A DNA stretch of 59,159 bases from Pseudomonadota bacterium. Lineage in GTDB: Bacteria; Myxococcota_A; UBA9160; PR03. The stretch covers positions 1 through 59,159 of the forward strand of contig QEVM01000005.1 of assembly GCA_003576805.1 (NCBI GenBank). Reading direction: 5' to 3'. This document shows, piece by piece, positions 28,291 through 37,437 of this stretch (its first letter is position 1; the number at the start of each line of letters is the position of its first letter). The notes below the pieces were generated by a model that was not told the DNA's origin, did not search any database, and saw only the letters and a list, made by a program, of their open reading frames with translations. The position numbers and the translations under genes are program-made.

Positions 28291-29206
28291 GTGCGTCTCG
28301 GTGGTGATCCCGACGAAGGACGGCGCCGACACGCTCGGCGAGCTGCTCGCGCGGCTCTTCGAGCAGAAGCGGCGCTTCGACCTCGACGTGGTCGTGATCG
28401 ACTCGGGCTCGCGCGACGCGACGCTCGAGATCGCGGCGCGCCACCCGCTGCGGCTCGAGCGGATTGCGCCGCGCGAGTTCGACCACGGCGAAACGCGCAA
28501 CCGGGGCATCGCGATGACGCGCGGCGACCCGATCGTGCTGCTCACGCAGGACGCGATCCCCGCGGACGAGTCGCTGCTCGAGAACATCGCGCGACCTTTC
28601 GACGACGTTTGCGTGGCGGGCGTGTACGGCCGCCAGATCCCGCGCCCCGACTGCGACGTGGTGCGGCGGCGCCAGCTCGAGGGCTGGCTGACCGGACGGC
28701 TCGAGCCGGCGCGCGTCGAGCTCGGCGGGACGTCGCTCGACGCGCTGTCCCCGTTCGAACGCTACGAGCGCTGCGTGTTCGACAACGTGTGCTCCGCCGT
28801 GCGCCGCTCGGTGTGGGAGCGCATCCCGTTCCGGCGCGCTGCGTTCGGAGAAGACGTCGCGTGGGGCAGGGCCGTGCTCGAGGCCGGCTTCGCGATCGCC
28901 TACGAGCCGAGCGCGGCCGTGGTGCACTCGCACCGGCGGCCGGTCCGCGAGGAGTACCGGCGCGAGCGGCTCTCGCACCGCGTCCTGTACGAGCTGTTCG
29001 GCCTCGCCGCCGTGCCGCGCCGCCGCGACGTCGCGCGCGGCGTGCTCTGGCACCTGCGCAACGAGGTGCCGTACGCCTGGCGGCACGCGCCGCGCGGCGT
29101 CGAGCGCTGGCGCCAGCTCGCGCGCATGGCCGGGCTCGCGCTCGCGGTGCCGCTCGGCCAACACCTCGGCGTCGCCGACGCGCGGCGCGCGCGGAGCGAC
29201 CCTTGA
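28277..29206 (+). CDS. Glycosyltransferase family 2 (rhamnosyltransferase-like)
   Basis: SVVIPT, IDSGSRD, FDHGETRN, LTQDA, YGRQIP, FDNVCS, GED, VVHSH. Confidence 0.88.
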   Translation: MPTPECVSVVIPTKDGADTLGELLARLFEQKRRFDLDVVVIDSGSRDATLEIAARHPLRLERIAPREFDHGETRNRGIAMTRGDPIVLLTQDAIPADESLLENIARPFDDVCVAGVYGRQIPRPDCDVVRRRQLEGWLTGRLEPARVELGGTSLDALSPFERYERCVFDNVCSAVRRSVWERIPFRRAAFGEDVAWGRAVLEAGFAIAYEPSAAVVHSHRRPVREEYRRERLSHRVLYELFGLAAVPRRRDVARGVLWHLRNEVPYAWRHAPRGVERWRQLARMAGLALAVPLGQHLGVADARRARSDP

Positions 29207-30552
29207 GGATCGTGCACGCGCTGCACGCGTTTCCGCCCGACTCGCGCGCCGGCTCCGAGAACTACGTCGAGGCGCTCGCGCGCGCGCAGCTGGCGCGGCA
29301 CGAGGTCGCCGTGTTCCACCGCGTCGCGCATCCCGAGCGGCCGGAGTACGCGGTCGAGGAGGCGGAGCACGCGGGGATCCCGGTCGTGCGCATCAACCGC
29401 ACGTTCCGCGATCTCGTGTCGTTCCGCGACACGTATCGCAGCGACGCCGTCGCGGCCGCGTTCGGCGCGTTCCTCGACCGCTTCGCGCCCGACGTCGTGC
29501 ACTTCCATCACGTCACGTGCCTCTCCACCCGCTGCGTGCACGAGGCGAAGAAGCGCGGTGTCGGCGTCGTGTTCACGCTGCACGACTTCTGGCTGATCTG
29601 CCCGCGCGGGCAGCGGCTGCGCCGCGATCTCTCGCTCTGCGAGCGCCACGACGATCGCGACTGCGCCCGCTGCATGGCGCACCAGCTCCCGGTGCGCGGC
29701 GGGCACGCGCGCGTCGCGGAGCTCGACGCGCGCGCCGCGCGGATGGCCCGCTGGCCGCTCCCGCGCGGTCTCGCGCAGCGTCTCGCGCGCAGGCCGTTCG
29801 GCGGCGAGGCCGCCGCGCTGCGCGAGATCCGCGATCGCACCGAGGAGGTGCGCGAGATGTGCGCGCAGGTGGACCGCTTCGTCTCGCCGTCGGCGTTCCT
29901 GCGCGACCGCTTCGTCGAGTGGGGGCTCGACGCCGCACGCATCACGGTCGCGGACAACGGCTTCGTCGCTCCCGCCGCGGTCGCGCGCGAGCCGAGGGGC
30001 GACGACGCGAGGCTCCGCGTGGTCTACCTGGGCACGTGGATCCCTTCGAAGGGAGTGCACGTGCTCCTGGAGGCCTTTCGGGGCGTCCCGGGTGATCGCG
30101 CCGTGCTCGACGTCCACGGCTACGCCGCGCCGTTCGACGGCTTCCCGGACTACGAGGGCCACCTGCGACGGCTCGCCGCGGGTGCGCCGCACGTGCGGCT
30201 CCACGGACCCTACGAGCCCGAGGACGTGCCCCGCATCCTGGCACGCGCCGACGTCCTGGTCGTCCCCTCGATCTGGTACGAGAACTCGCCGCTCACGATT
30301 CACGAGGCGTTTCTCGCGGCCGTTCCGGTCGTCGCGTCCAACCACGGGGGGATGCGCGAGTTCGTGCGTCATGGCGTCGACGGCCTGACGTTCCGCGCGG
30401 GCGATCCGCGTGCCCTGCGGGCGGCGCTCGAGCGATTGATCGCGGATCGGGGACTGCTCGCGAAGCTCGCCGCGAGCCGCGCCTCGGTCGTCGAGATGGG
30501 CGAGCACGCACGCCGGCTGGAGGGCCTCTATCGCGGCCTCGCGCGCGCCTGA
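29203..30552 (+). CDS. Glycosyltransferase family 4, paralog of 26515-28290 without the insert
   Basis: TTG start overlapping the previous stop; LRIVHALHAF...GSENY, TLHDFWLIC, SKG, VPSIWYENSPLTIHE. Confidence 0.9.
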   Translation: MRIVHALHAFPPDSRAGSENYVEALARAQLARHEVAVFHRVAHPERPEYAVEEAEHAGIPVVRINRTFRDLVSFRDTYRSDAVAAAFGAFLDRFAPDVVHFHHVTCLSTRCVHEAKKRGVGVVFTLHDFWLICPRGQRLRRDLSLCERHDDRDCARCMAHQLPVRGGHARVAELDARAARMARWPLPRGLAQRLARRPFGGEAAALREIRDRTEEVREMCAQVDRFVSPSAFLRDRFVEWGLDAARITVADNGFVAPAAVAREPRGDDARLRVVYLGTWIPSKGVHVLLEAFRGVPGDRAVLDVHGYAAPFDGFPDYEGHLRRLAAGAPHVRLHGPYEPEDVPRILARADVLVVPSIWYENSPLTIHEAFLAAVPVVASNHGGMREFVRHGVDGLTFRAGDPRALRAALERLIADRGLLAKLAASRASVVEMGEHARRLEGLYRGLARA

Positions 30553-30793
30553 AGGTGCGCCAGGTCCGGAGCTCCGCGGAACGGGGGTCGCGGCATTTGG
30601 AAAAATCGCGTACCTAACCCGCCGCATGGGGGCACTCATCGAGGGTCGAGGGTCGGCCCGGGCGCATGGTCGCGCAGTCGACGTGGCGTCGAGCCGGCAT
30701 CGTCCGCTCAGTCGTCGACGAGACGGCAGCGAGCAGGCAACTCGATGTCACGAGGGCGCGGGAATCGACCGCTACGAGACTCAGTGTTGACAG

Positions 30794-30823
30794 TTGCCCG
30801 TCCGATGCAGCTGCCGATATACT
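30794..30823 (+). promoter_or_regulatory. Sigma-70-type promoter candidate for the repeat-protein gene
   Basis: TTGCCC-N18-TATACT; a TTGACA also lies at 30787 (25 bp from the -10); GGAG RBS before ATG 30868. Confidence 0.5.
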
Positions 30824-30867
30824 GAGTCCCGCCCAACAACGGGCCCCGTCTAACTTGGAGCCAAGAC

Positions 30868-31737
30868 ATGAGAGTGCGATTGCACGGCCTTCTTCTCTCT
30901 GCGGCCGCGGTTCTGGTGGCCGGCCCGAGCTGGGCGGGTCCGCCGGCTACGGGAGGGACCGACACGATCGGCGCCTACGTTCCGGCGCTCGAGCGCTTCT
31001 TCCTGCGCAACGCGAACAGCTCGGGCGCAGCCGACGCCGGCAACTTCAAGTTCAACGTGACGCCGGCGGCGAGCGACGAGCTGCCCGTCATGTGCGACTG
31101 GAACGGCGACGGCACCTCGACGGTGGGCGTCTACGTTCCGGCCATCGAGCGCTTCTACCTCCGCAACGCCAACAGCGCGGGCGCGGCCGATGCGGGGAAC
31201 TTCAAGTTCAACGTGACGCCGGCCGGTGGCGACGAGGTTCCGGTCGCGGGCGACTGGAACGGCGACGGGACCTGCACCATCGGCGTGTACGTTCCCGCGA
31301 TCGAGCGCTTCTACCTGCGCAACTCGAACAGCTCGGGCGCGGCCGACGCGGGGAACTTCAAGTTCAACGTGACGCCGGCGGGTAGCGACGAGACGCCGGT
31401 CGTGGGCGACTGGAACGGCGACGGCAGCTCGACGATCGGCTCGTACGCTCCGGCGATCGAGCGCTTCTTCCTGCGCAACGCGAACAGCGCGGGTGCGGCC
31501 GACGCGGGGAACTTCAAGTTCAACGTGACGCCGGCGGCCAGCGACGAGCTGCCGCTCACGGGCGACTGGAACAACGACGGCACCGGCACGATCGGCGCCT
31601 ACGTTCCGGCGATCGAGCGCTACTACCTGCGCAACGCCAACAGCGCGGGCGCGGCCGACGCGGGGAACTTCAAGTTCAACGTGACGCCGGCGGGCGGCGA
31701 CGAGTCGCCGGTGGCGTCCGACTGGGACGGCAACTAG
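30868..31737 (+). CDS. Secreted protein of five tandem 52-aa FG-GAP/VCBS-like (DWNGDG) repeats; putative Ca-binding beta-propeller
   Basis: Signal peptide ending SWA-G; unit TIGxYVPAIERFxLRNANSxGAADAGNFKFNVTPAxxDExPVxGDWNGDGx. Confidence 0.88.
   Translation: MRVRLHGLLLSAAAVLVAGPSWAGPPATGGTDTIGAYVPALERFFLRNANSSGAADAGNFKFNVTPAASDELPVMCDWNGDGTSTVGVYVPAIERFYLRNANSAGAADAGNFKFNVTPAGGDEVPVAGDWNGDGTCTIGVYVPAIERFYLRNSNSSGAADAGNFKFNVTPAGSDETPVVGDWNGDGSSTIGSYAPAIERFFLRNANSAGAADAGNFKFNVTPAASDELPLTGDWNNDGTGTIGAYVPAIERYYLRNANSAGAADAGNFKFNVTPAGGDESPVASDWDGN
30964..31734 (+). repeat. Five 156-bp tandem coding repeats
   Basis: Invariant core AACTTCAAGTTCAACGTGACGCCGGC at 31042, 31198, 31354, 31510, 31666. 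Confidence 0.95.
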
Positions 31738-31762
31738 CCGAGCTCACAGCTTCGTTCGATGG

Positions 31763-31808
31763 ACCGGAGGTGGCACCGCGATCGCAGTGCCACCTCCGGT
31801 TGTTTTTT
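31763..31808 (+). terminator. Strong intrinsic terminator
   Basis: ACCGGAGGTGGCAC...GTGCCACCTCCGGT (perfect 14-bp stem) followed by TGTTTTTT. Confidence 0.9.
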
Positions 31809-31865
31809 GCGCAAGCTTGGACGTTCGGAGGCGCTCCGATTTCCCGATTCGCCCATCTGACCCGG

Positions 31866-33791
31866 GTGGCGACCGGCGCCGCGCTCCTCGTGGTGCTCGC
31901 GTGCGGCGCCGAGGAGCAAGTGCCGGCTGCGCCGCCGCCCCCGGCCACGCCGGCGCAGACGGTGGCTGCCTCACCGCCGCCGACGATCGACCGCTTCACG
32001 GACCTGTTGCGGCTCGGAGAGCACGGGCAGGCCGTCGTCTCGGGCGGGCGGGCGAGGAGCGACGTCTGGGACCTCGGCGGGCACTACCGCCCGGTGCTGG
32101 CCCAGCCGCCCGGGTCGGTGCGGCTCGGGCCGATTCCCGCCGGTGAGCAGTGCCGGGTCGAGTTCGGCGTCGGGCTCCAGGGCGACCTCGCGAGCGGCGC
32201 CGTGCGCGTCCGCATGCGCGTCGAGCAGCCGCCGGCTGCCGACGGACGGCCGCTCTTCGAGGTGGAGCTCGCGCAGGCGCCTGGCGGCGGCTGGCTGGAT
32301 CGCAGCGAGCCGCTGGCCGTCGATCCTGGCTCGGAGTTCTCCGTTCTCCTCGAAGTGGAAGCCCTGCGCGGCGCGGCGGCGAGCGTCGGCTGGTCCGCGC
32401 CCCACGTGATCTGCCGCGTGCCCCGGGCGCCCTCGCAGCGGCTCGCCAAGCCGCACGTGATCCTGATCTCGCTCGACACGCTGCGCGCCGACCATCTCGG
32501 CGTGTACGGCTACGGGCGCGACACGAGCCCCGTGCTGGACGCTTTCGCGGCCGACGCCTGGGTCTTCGACCGCGCATTCTCGCCCGCGAGCTGGACGTTG
32601 CCGTCGCACGCCTCGCTCTTCACTGCGGTCGCGCCGTCGGTGCACGGCGCCGGACATGCGTCGCCGTTCGCTCCGCTCCCCGCGGACGGCGTGCGGACGC
32701 TCGCCGAGAGCCTGCGCGACGGCGGCTATTGGACGATCGCGTTCACCGCCGGCGGCATCATGAGCCGGCGCAACGGACTGCACCGCGGCTTCCAGTGGTG
32801 GACCGAGCGCACGCGCGCGAACTTCGCGTCGACACTTCCGGGTGTCTTCGATGCGATCGGCACGGCGCCCACGCGGCCGATTTTCCTGGTGCTGCACACC
32901 TACGACGTCCACGGTCCGTATGCGTATCTGCCGGGCATCGAGGCGATCGAGGTCCCGCCGCGCGCGGGCCACGCGCCGGTCGCGACGGCTTCGCGCTGCG
33001 ACGCGCCCGCGTGCGGCGACGCGGAGCAGGAGTGGAGGCGCATCCGCTCGTACCATTATCACGCCTACCAGCGCTTCGAACGCTTCGACGGCATCGACGA
33101 CGTCGTCGACGCCTACGACCGCGGCATCCGTTTCGTCGACGCGCAGCTCGCCGTGTTGTTCGACCGCCTGCGCGACGTCGGCGTCTTCGACGACGCCATG
33201 ATCGTGATCACGTCGGACCACGGCGAGTCGATCTACGAACGCGGCCTGTACGTCGGCCACTCCTACACGCTGCACGACGAAGAGGTCCGGGTGCCGCTCG
33301 TGGTGCGACTCCCGGGCGGAGAGCGCGGGCGCAGCGACGCGCTGGTCGAGCTGACGGACGTCGCGCCGTGGATCTTGGACGTCGCCGGCCTGCCGCGTCC
33401 GGAGTCGTTCCACGGCTTCTCCCCGCTCGCGCGTGCGCGCGGCGACGCGCCGCCGCGCCGGATCGCGGAGGGCGAGGCCGCGCACACGGGCCAACGCTAT
33501 GCGCGCTCGCGCGACTGGAAGGCGATCGCCGCCGGGGCCGCGCCGATGAAGAGCCTGGCGCCGGCCGAGTTCGGCACGCGCTCCCGCAAGGGCGATCAGC
33601 TCTACGACCTCGTGCGCGACCCCGGCGAACGGACCGCGCTCCCGCTCGACGACTCGGCGCCCGTCGAAGCGGACGCGGTCCGATCCGCCGCACGCGGATC
33701 GCCTCAGCCGGGCCTGGCGAACGGCGAGCCGGAGCCGCAGCTCGATCCCACGCAGGAACAGCAGCTCCGCGAGCTCGGCTACCTGCGCTGA
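31866..33791 (+). CDS. Sulfatase-like (alkaline phosphatase superfamily) lipoprotein with N-terminal beta-sandwich domain; start uncertain
   Basis: Lipobox VLAC; LISLDTLRADHL, SWTLPSHASLFT, HTYDVHGPY, TSDHGE, GHS, QLYDL, LRELGYL. Confidence 0.85.
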   Translation: MATGAALLVVLACGAEEQVPAAPPPPATPAQTVAASPPPTIDRFTDLLRLGEHGQAVVSGGRARSDVWDLGGHYRPVLAQPPGSVRLGPIPAGEQCRVEFGVGLQGDLASGAVRVRMRVEQPPAADGRPLFEVELAQAPGGGWLDRSEPLAVDPGSEFSVLLEVEALRGAAASVGWSAPHVICRVPRAPSQRLAKPHVILISLDTLRADHLGVYGYGRDTSPVLDAFAADAWVFDRAFSPASWTLPSHASLFTAVAPSVHGAGHASPFAPLPADGVRTLAESLRDGGYWTIAFTAGGIMSRRNGLHRGFQWWTERTRANFASTLPGVFDAIGTAPTRPIFLVLHTYDVHGPYAYLPGIEAIEVPPRAGHAPVATASRCDAPACGDAEQEWRRIRSYHYHAYQRFERFDGIDDVVDAYDRGIRFVDAQLAVLFDRLRDVGVFDDAMIVITSDHGESIYERGLYVGHSYTLHDEEVRVPLVVRLPGGERGRSDALVELTDVAPWILDVAGLPRPESFHGFSPLARARGDAPPRRIAEGEAAHTGQRYARSRDWKAIAAGAAPMKSLAPAEFGTRSRKGDQLYDLVRDPGERTALPLDDSAPVEADAVRSAARGSPQPGLANGEPEPQLDPTQEQQLRELGYLR

Positions 33792-35128
33792 GCCGTCGGC
33801 ATCGCGCGCGCGGCGCGCACCGCCTCCGCGATCGCATCCGCCACGGCGCGCGCGAGCAGCGCGTTGCCGTGCGCGTTCACGTGGCAGCAGTCGTCGCGGT
33901 AGATCGTCTCGTCGCGGCCCGCGAAGACCCCGGTGAGGTCGTGGAAGGCGATGCCGTCCTCGCGTAGCCGCTGGCCGCGCTCGCGCAGCAGCGGGTAGGC
34001 GTTCCGCACCGACTCGCTCGCGTGGTACTGGCGGAACGCGCGGGCGCGCTCGGTCTCGTTGAGCGGCTTGCTGCCGGGCACGTACTGGTTCGGCTGCAAC
34101 GCGTGGACGTAGACCGCGCCGGCGGCGCGCGCCATCGCGTCCATCGAGCGCGAGGTGCGTTCCCAGAGGTCGGCGATCAACGCGAGGCAGTCGCCGTTCG
34201 CGCCGAGGCACGGCTCCGGCAGGGAGGCCAGGAACGCGTCCGGCGCGCGGGCGCCGACGAGGCGTTGCAGCTCGCCTTCGAGCAGCGCCGCCCGCGTCGC
34301 GTGGCGGCGGGCGAGCGTTCCGGCGACGACGCGCGCGAGCTCGCTGCTGCGCAGCAGCGGCGACGCGTCGACCCGGCGCACCGACTCGGACGCCATGCGC
34401 TGCTCGTACACGATGCGTCCCGCGAGCTCCGTCTCCTCGCGGCTCGGCGCGCCGCGCAGCGTCTCGACGGTCACGCGGTAGTGACTCTGCGAAGGCAGCA
34501 GCGGATGGCGTCCCGCCTCCGCGTCGAGCCGGCCGAACACCACCTCGTTGAAGCCGTCGAGGTTCACGACGACGTCGAGCGGGACGCCGAGCGCCGTCGA
34601 GAGCAGCAGCTCGATCGCCGCCTGCGGCTGCTTGAAGCCGCCGGAGCCGAAGGTCAGCACGTCGATCGACGCCGTGATCTCGGGAAGGCGCTCCTGCAAC
34701 GCCTCGCGCAGTGTGTCGCCGGCGACGTTCACGAGCTGGCCGGCGACCGAGCCGCCGAAGACGCCCACCACGAAGCGCTCGTCCGGTAGGTCGCGGTAGT
34801 CGTCGTGATTCGACAGGTAGCCGAAGCGGTTGGCGCGGGTCTGCGCGGCCGCCCATTCGCTCGGAGGTCCGTCGGGGAAGACCGGCAGCGGCCGCACCGG
34901 ATAGCGCAGCACCGTACCGGGACGGCGGATCCAGCCGAGATACGGATGGATCTGCGTCGCGATCGCGGGCGCCGCGGGCTCGGCCTGCGAAGACGGCGCG
35001 AGCTGCTCCGCGTAGTCCGCGCGGGCGGCGGCGAACAGGTCGAACGCGCGGATCGCGAGCTCGATGGTGCCGATGGCGCCCGCGCAGCTCACGAGCATTG
35101 CGAGCAGAGCGGAGATCCAGCGCTTCAC
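33779..35128 (-). CDS. Membrane-anchored SGNH/GDSL-like protein
   Basis: N-terminal TM, HPYLGW, NRFG, VFGGSVA (block I), GGFKQPQ, LDGFNE, LQPNQY, DCCH (DxxH). Confidence 0.7.
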   Translation of the reverse strand: MKRWISALLAMLVSCAGAIGTIELAIRAFDLFAAARADYAEQLAPSSQAEPAAPAIATQIHPYLGWIRRPGTVLRYPVRPLPVFPDGPPSEWAAAQTRANRFGYLSNHDDYRDLPDERFVVGVFGGSVAGQLVNVAGDTLREALQERLPEITASIDVLTFGSGGFKQPQAAIELLLSTALGVPLDVVVNLDGFNEVVFGRLDAEAGRHPLLPSQSHYRVTVETLRGAPSREETELAGRIVYEQRMASESVRRVDASPLLRSSELARVVAGTLARRHATRAALLEGELQRLVGARAPDAFLASLPEPCLGANGDCLALIADLWERTSRSMDAMARAAGAVYVHALQPNQYVPGSKPLNETERARAFRQYHASESVRNAYPLLRERGQRLREDGIAFHDLTGVFAGRDETIYRDDCCHVNAHGNALLARAVADAIAEAVRAARAMPTAQRR

Positions 35129-35289
35129 GCAGGTCCCGGGTTCGAGAGAGCTGGAGACGGCGGACGATAGCCGATGCGACCCGCCGCGCCGCGTCGGCGC
35201 GGAGGAGCTTGGCGCCCCGCGCTATCGTGCGCGCCTCGGGAGGTCCGTACGTGGCGGAGGAAGCAGACGATCGCCCCTGGCGGAGCCGG

Positions 35290-36546
35290 ATGCCGCCCGT
35301 CGTCGTGCCCGACGCGCCGGAACGCATTCACGCCGAGCTCGATCGCCTCAGCGAGATCCAGGCGCACCGGGAATGGGTGATCGAGGGTCTGCGCGCGCAC
35401 GTCCGCAACATCGAGCACGACCTCGAGCTCGCGCGCCACCGCGTCGAGGAGCTCGAGAAGCACGCCAAGAACGTCGAGCTCCAGTTGTCCGGGACGCGCG
35501 CGCACGCGGAGAACCTCGCGGAGCAGCTCGCCGAACGGGTGCGGCGCCTCGCCGAGGTGGAGGAGGAGGCGCGCGCGCTGGAGCAGCGCGTGCGCGGTCG
35601 CCGCAGCGTGCGGCTCGCGACGCACGGCATCTTCCCGAAGGTCGCGAACCGCTCGATCGACGCGATCTTCGCGCTCGGCAACCGGATCTGGAGCGCGCGC
35701 CCGGACCTCCAGCGCCACTATCCGCAGGACCACGCGGCCGACTTCTGGTACTGGCTGCTGTGGGATCGCGAAGGCAACCCGGACCTCGCGCGCGTGCGGC
35801 TGCCGATCCCGGACGCGCACCTGCGCGAGCGGGTGCGCGGCGGGGGCAGCGAGATCGAGTACGTCCGCAGCGGCCTCGTGGACGGCTGGCGCGTCGACGG
35901 CTGCCTGCGGCAGGGCGGCTTCGACCCGGCGGCGGGCGGCGCGCTGCTCGACTTCGGAGCCGGGTGCGCGCGCGTCGCGCAGTACTTCGCGCTCTACGCG
36001 GGACGCACCCGCGTCCACGGCTGCGACGTCGACGCCGAGGCGATCCGCTGGTGCACCGACCACCTCGACTTCGCGGACTTCGCCGCGATCGCACCCGCGC
36101 CCCCGACCTCGTACGGCGACGCGCAGTTCGACGCGGTGTACGCCTACTCGGTGTTCTCGCACCTGCCGGAAGACCTGCACCTCGAATGGCTCGCGGAGCT
36201 GCGGCGCATCACGCGGCCGGGCGGCGTGGTCGTGCTGACCGTGCACGGCCAGCACGTCGTGGACGAGGTGCTCGCCGGCCGCGCGCTGCCTCACTTGCGC
36301 GGGCCGCTCGCCGCCCGCGAAGCCGCCCTGCGCGACCGCGGCTTCGCGTTCCTGCCGTACGGCGCGCTCGATCTCCGCCAGGCCGGCAACCTGGGCTTCT
36401 TCGAATCGTGGGATCTCGAGCGCTACGGCGACACGTTCGTGCTCGAGGCGTTCGTCCGCGCGCGCTGGGCCGAGCTGTTCGAGGTGGTGGCCTGCATCCC
36501 GGCGCCCGACGCCTGGCAGGATTACGTGGTCCTGCGCACGCGCTGA
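35290..36546 (+). CDS. Class I SAM methyltransferase with N-terminal coiled coil
   Basis: LLDFGAGCAR, GCDVD, YAYSVFSHL, WLAELRRITRPGG, TVHG; N-terminal HxxN heptads; alternative GTG start at 35251. Confidence 0.85.
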   Translation: MPPVVVPDAPERIHAELDRLSEIQAHREWVIEGLRAHVRNIEHDLELARHRVEELEKHAKNVELQLSGTRAHAENLAEQLAERVRRLAEVEEEARALEQRVRGRRSVRLATHGIFPKVANRSIDAIFALGNRIWSARPDLQRHYPQDHAADFWYWLLWDREGNPDLARVRLPIPDAHLRERVRGGGSEIEYVRSGLVDGWRVDGCLRQGGFDPAAGGALLDFGAGCARVAQYFALYAGRTRVHGCDVDAEAIRWCTDHLDFADFAAIAPAPPTSYGDAQFDAVYAYSVFSHLPEDLHLEWLAELRRITRPGGVVVLTVHGQHVVDEVLAGRALPHLRGPLAAREAALRDRGFAFLPYGALDLRQAGNLGFFESWDLERYGDTFVLEAFVRARWAELFEVVACIPAPDAWQDYVVLRTR

Positions 36547-36576
36547 GGCGACGCGACGCATCCGGAGGGACACGCG

Positions 36577-37437
36577 GTGGGAACGATCGCCGAGAATCAG
36601 GACGCCTGGGGCCACTACGACTGGAGCAAGGGCGGCGACGAGTGGTCGCACTGCTGGGGCGGCACCGAGTCGCTCTGGTGGACGACGCTGTTCCCGCGCG
36701 TCCGCCGCTTCGTGCCCGCGCCGCGCATCCTCGAGATCGCGCCGGGCTTCGGCCGCATCACGCAGTACCTGAAGGGCCTGTGCGACGAGCTGATCGTCGT
36801 CGACCTGACCGAGCGCTGCATCGCGGCGTGCCGGGAGCGGTTCGCGGGCGAGAGCCACATCTCGTATCACGTCAACGACGGCCGCTCGCTCGACGCGATC
36901 GCGGACGGGTCGATCGACTTCGTCTTCAGCTACGACTCGCTCGTGCACGCCGAGACCGACGTGATCGAGGCGTACCTCGCGCAGCTCGGGCGCAAGCTGC
37001 GCCCGGACGGCGCCGGCTTCTTCCACCACGGAAACCTCGGCAGCTTTCGCGACGCGGCGAGCGGCGCGCTCACGGTCGCCAACCCGCACTGGCGCGCCGA
37101 GAGCACCGCGGCGGCGGACGTCGTGCGCTACTGCGAGGTCGCCGGACTCGTGTGCCTTTCGCAGGAGCTCGTCGCGTGGGGCGGCGACGTGCTGAACGAT
37201 TGCTTCTCGACCTTCACCGTGCGCGGATCGGTGTACGAGCGTTCCTACCAGCGCTTCGAGAACCCGCGCTTCATGGACGAAGCCGCGCGCGCGCTCGAGC
37301 TGGCGCGCACCTACGGACTCGACGGAGCCATCCCGCTGCGCCGCGATCCCGCGCCGCGGCCCGTCGCACGCGGGCCGGCGAGCGCGCCGCGCGGTCTGTT
37401 CGCGCGGCTGCGCGAGCTCGTGTCGCCGTCCAGTTGA
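36577..37437 (+). CDS. Class I SAM methyltransferase
   Basis: GGAGGG RBS; ILEIAPGFGR, VVDL, NDGRSL, DFVFSYDSLVH, LRPDG. Confidence 0.88.
   Translation: MGTIAENQDAWGHYDWSKGGDEWSHCWGGTESLWWTTLFPRVRRFVPAPRILEIAPGFGRITQYLKGLCDELIVVDLTERCIAACRERFAGESHISYHVNDGRSLDAIADGSIDFVFSYDSLVHAETDVIEAYLAQLGRKLRPDGAGFFHHGNLGSFRDAASGALTVANPHWRAESTAAADVVRYCEVAGLVCLSQELVAWGGDVLNDCFSTFTVRGSVYERSYQRFENPRFMDEAARALELARTYGLDGAIPLRRDPAPRPVARGPASAPRGLFARLRELVSPSS

Noticed and set aside
30964-31734. Regular repeats with invariant core as a possible CRISPR array
   Set aside because: 156-bp period, in frame, intervening sequences are homologous with mainly synonymous changes; no cas genes
30868-31737. Repeat protein as the exosortase substrate
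   Set aside because: No C-terminal PEP motif, TM helix or basic tail; no PEP-CTERM-like protein was recognised anywhere in the window
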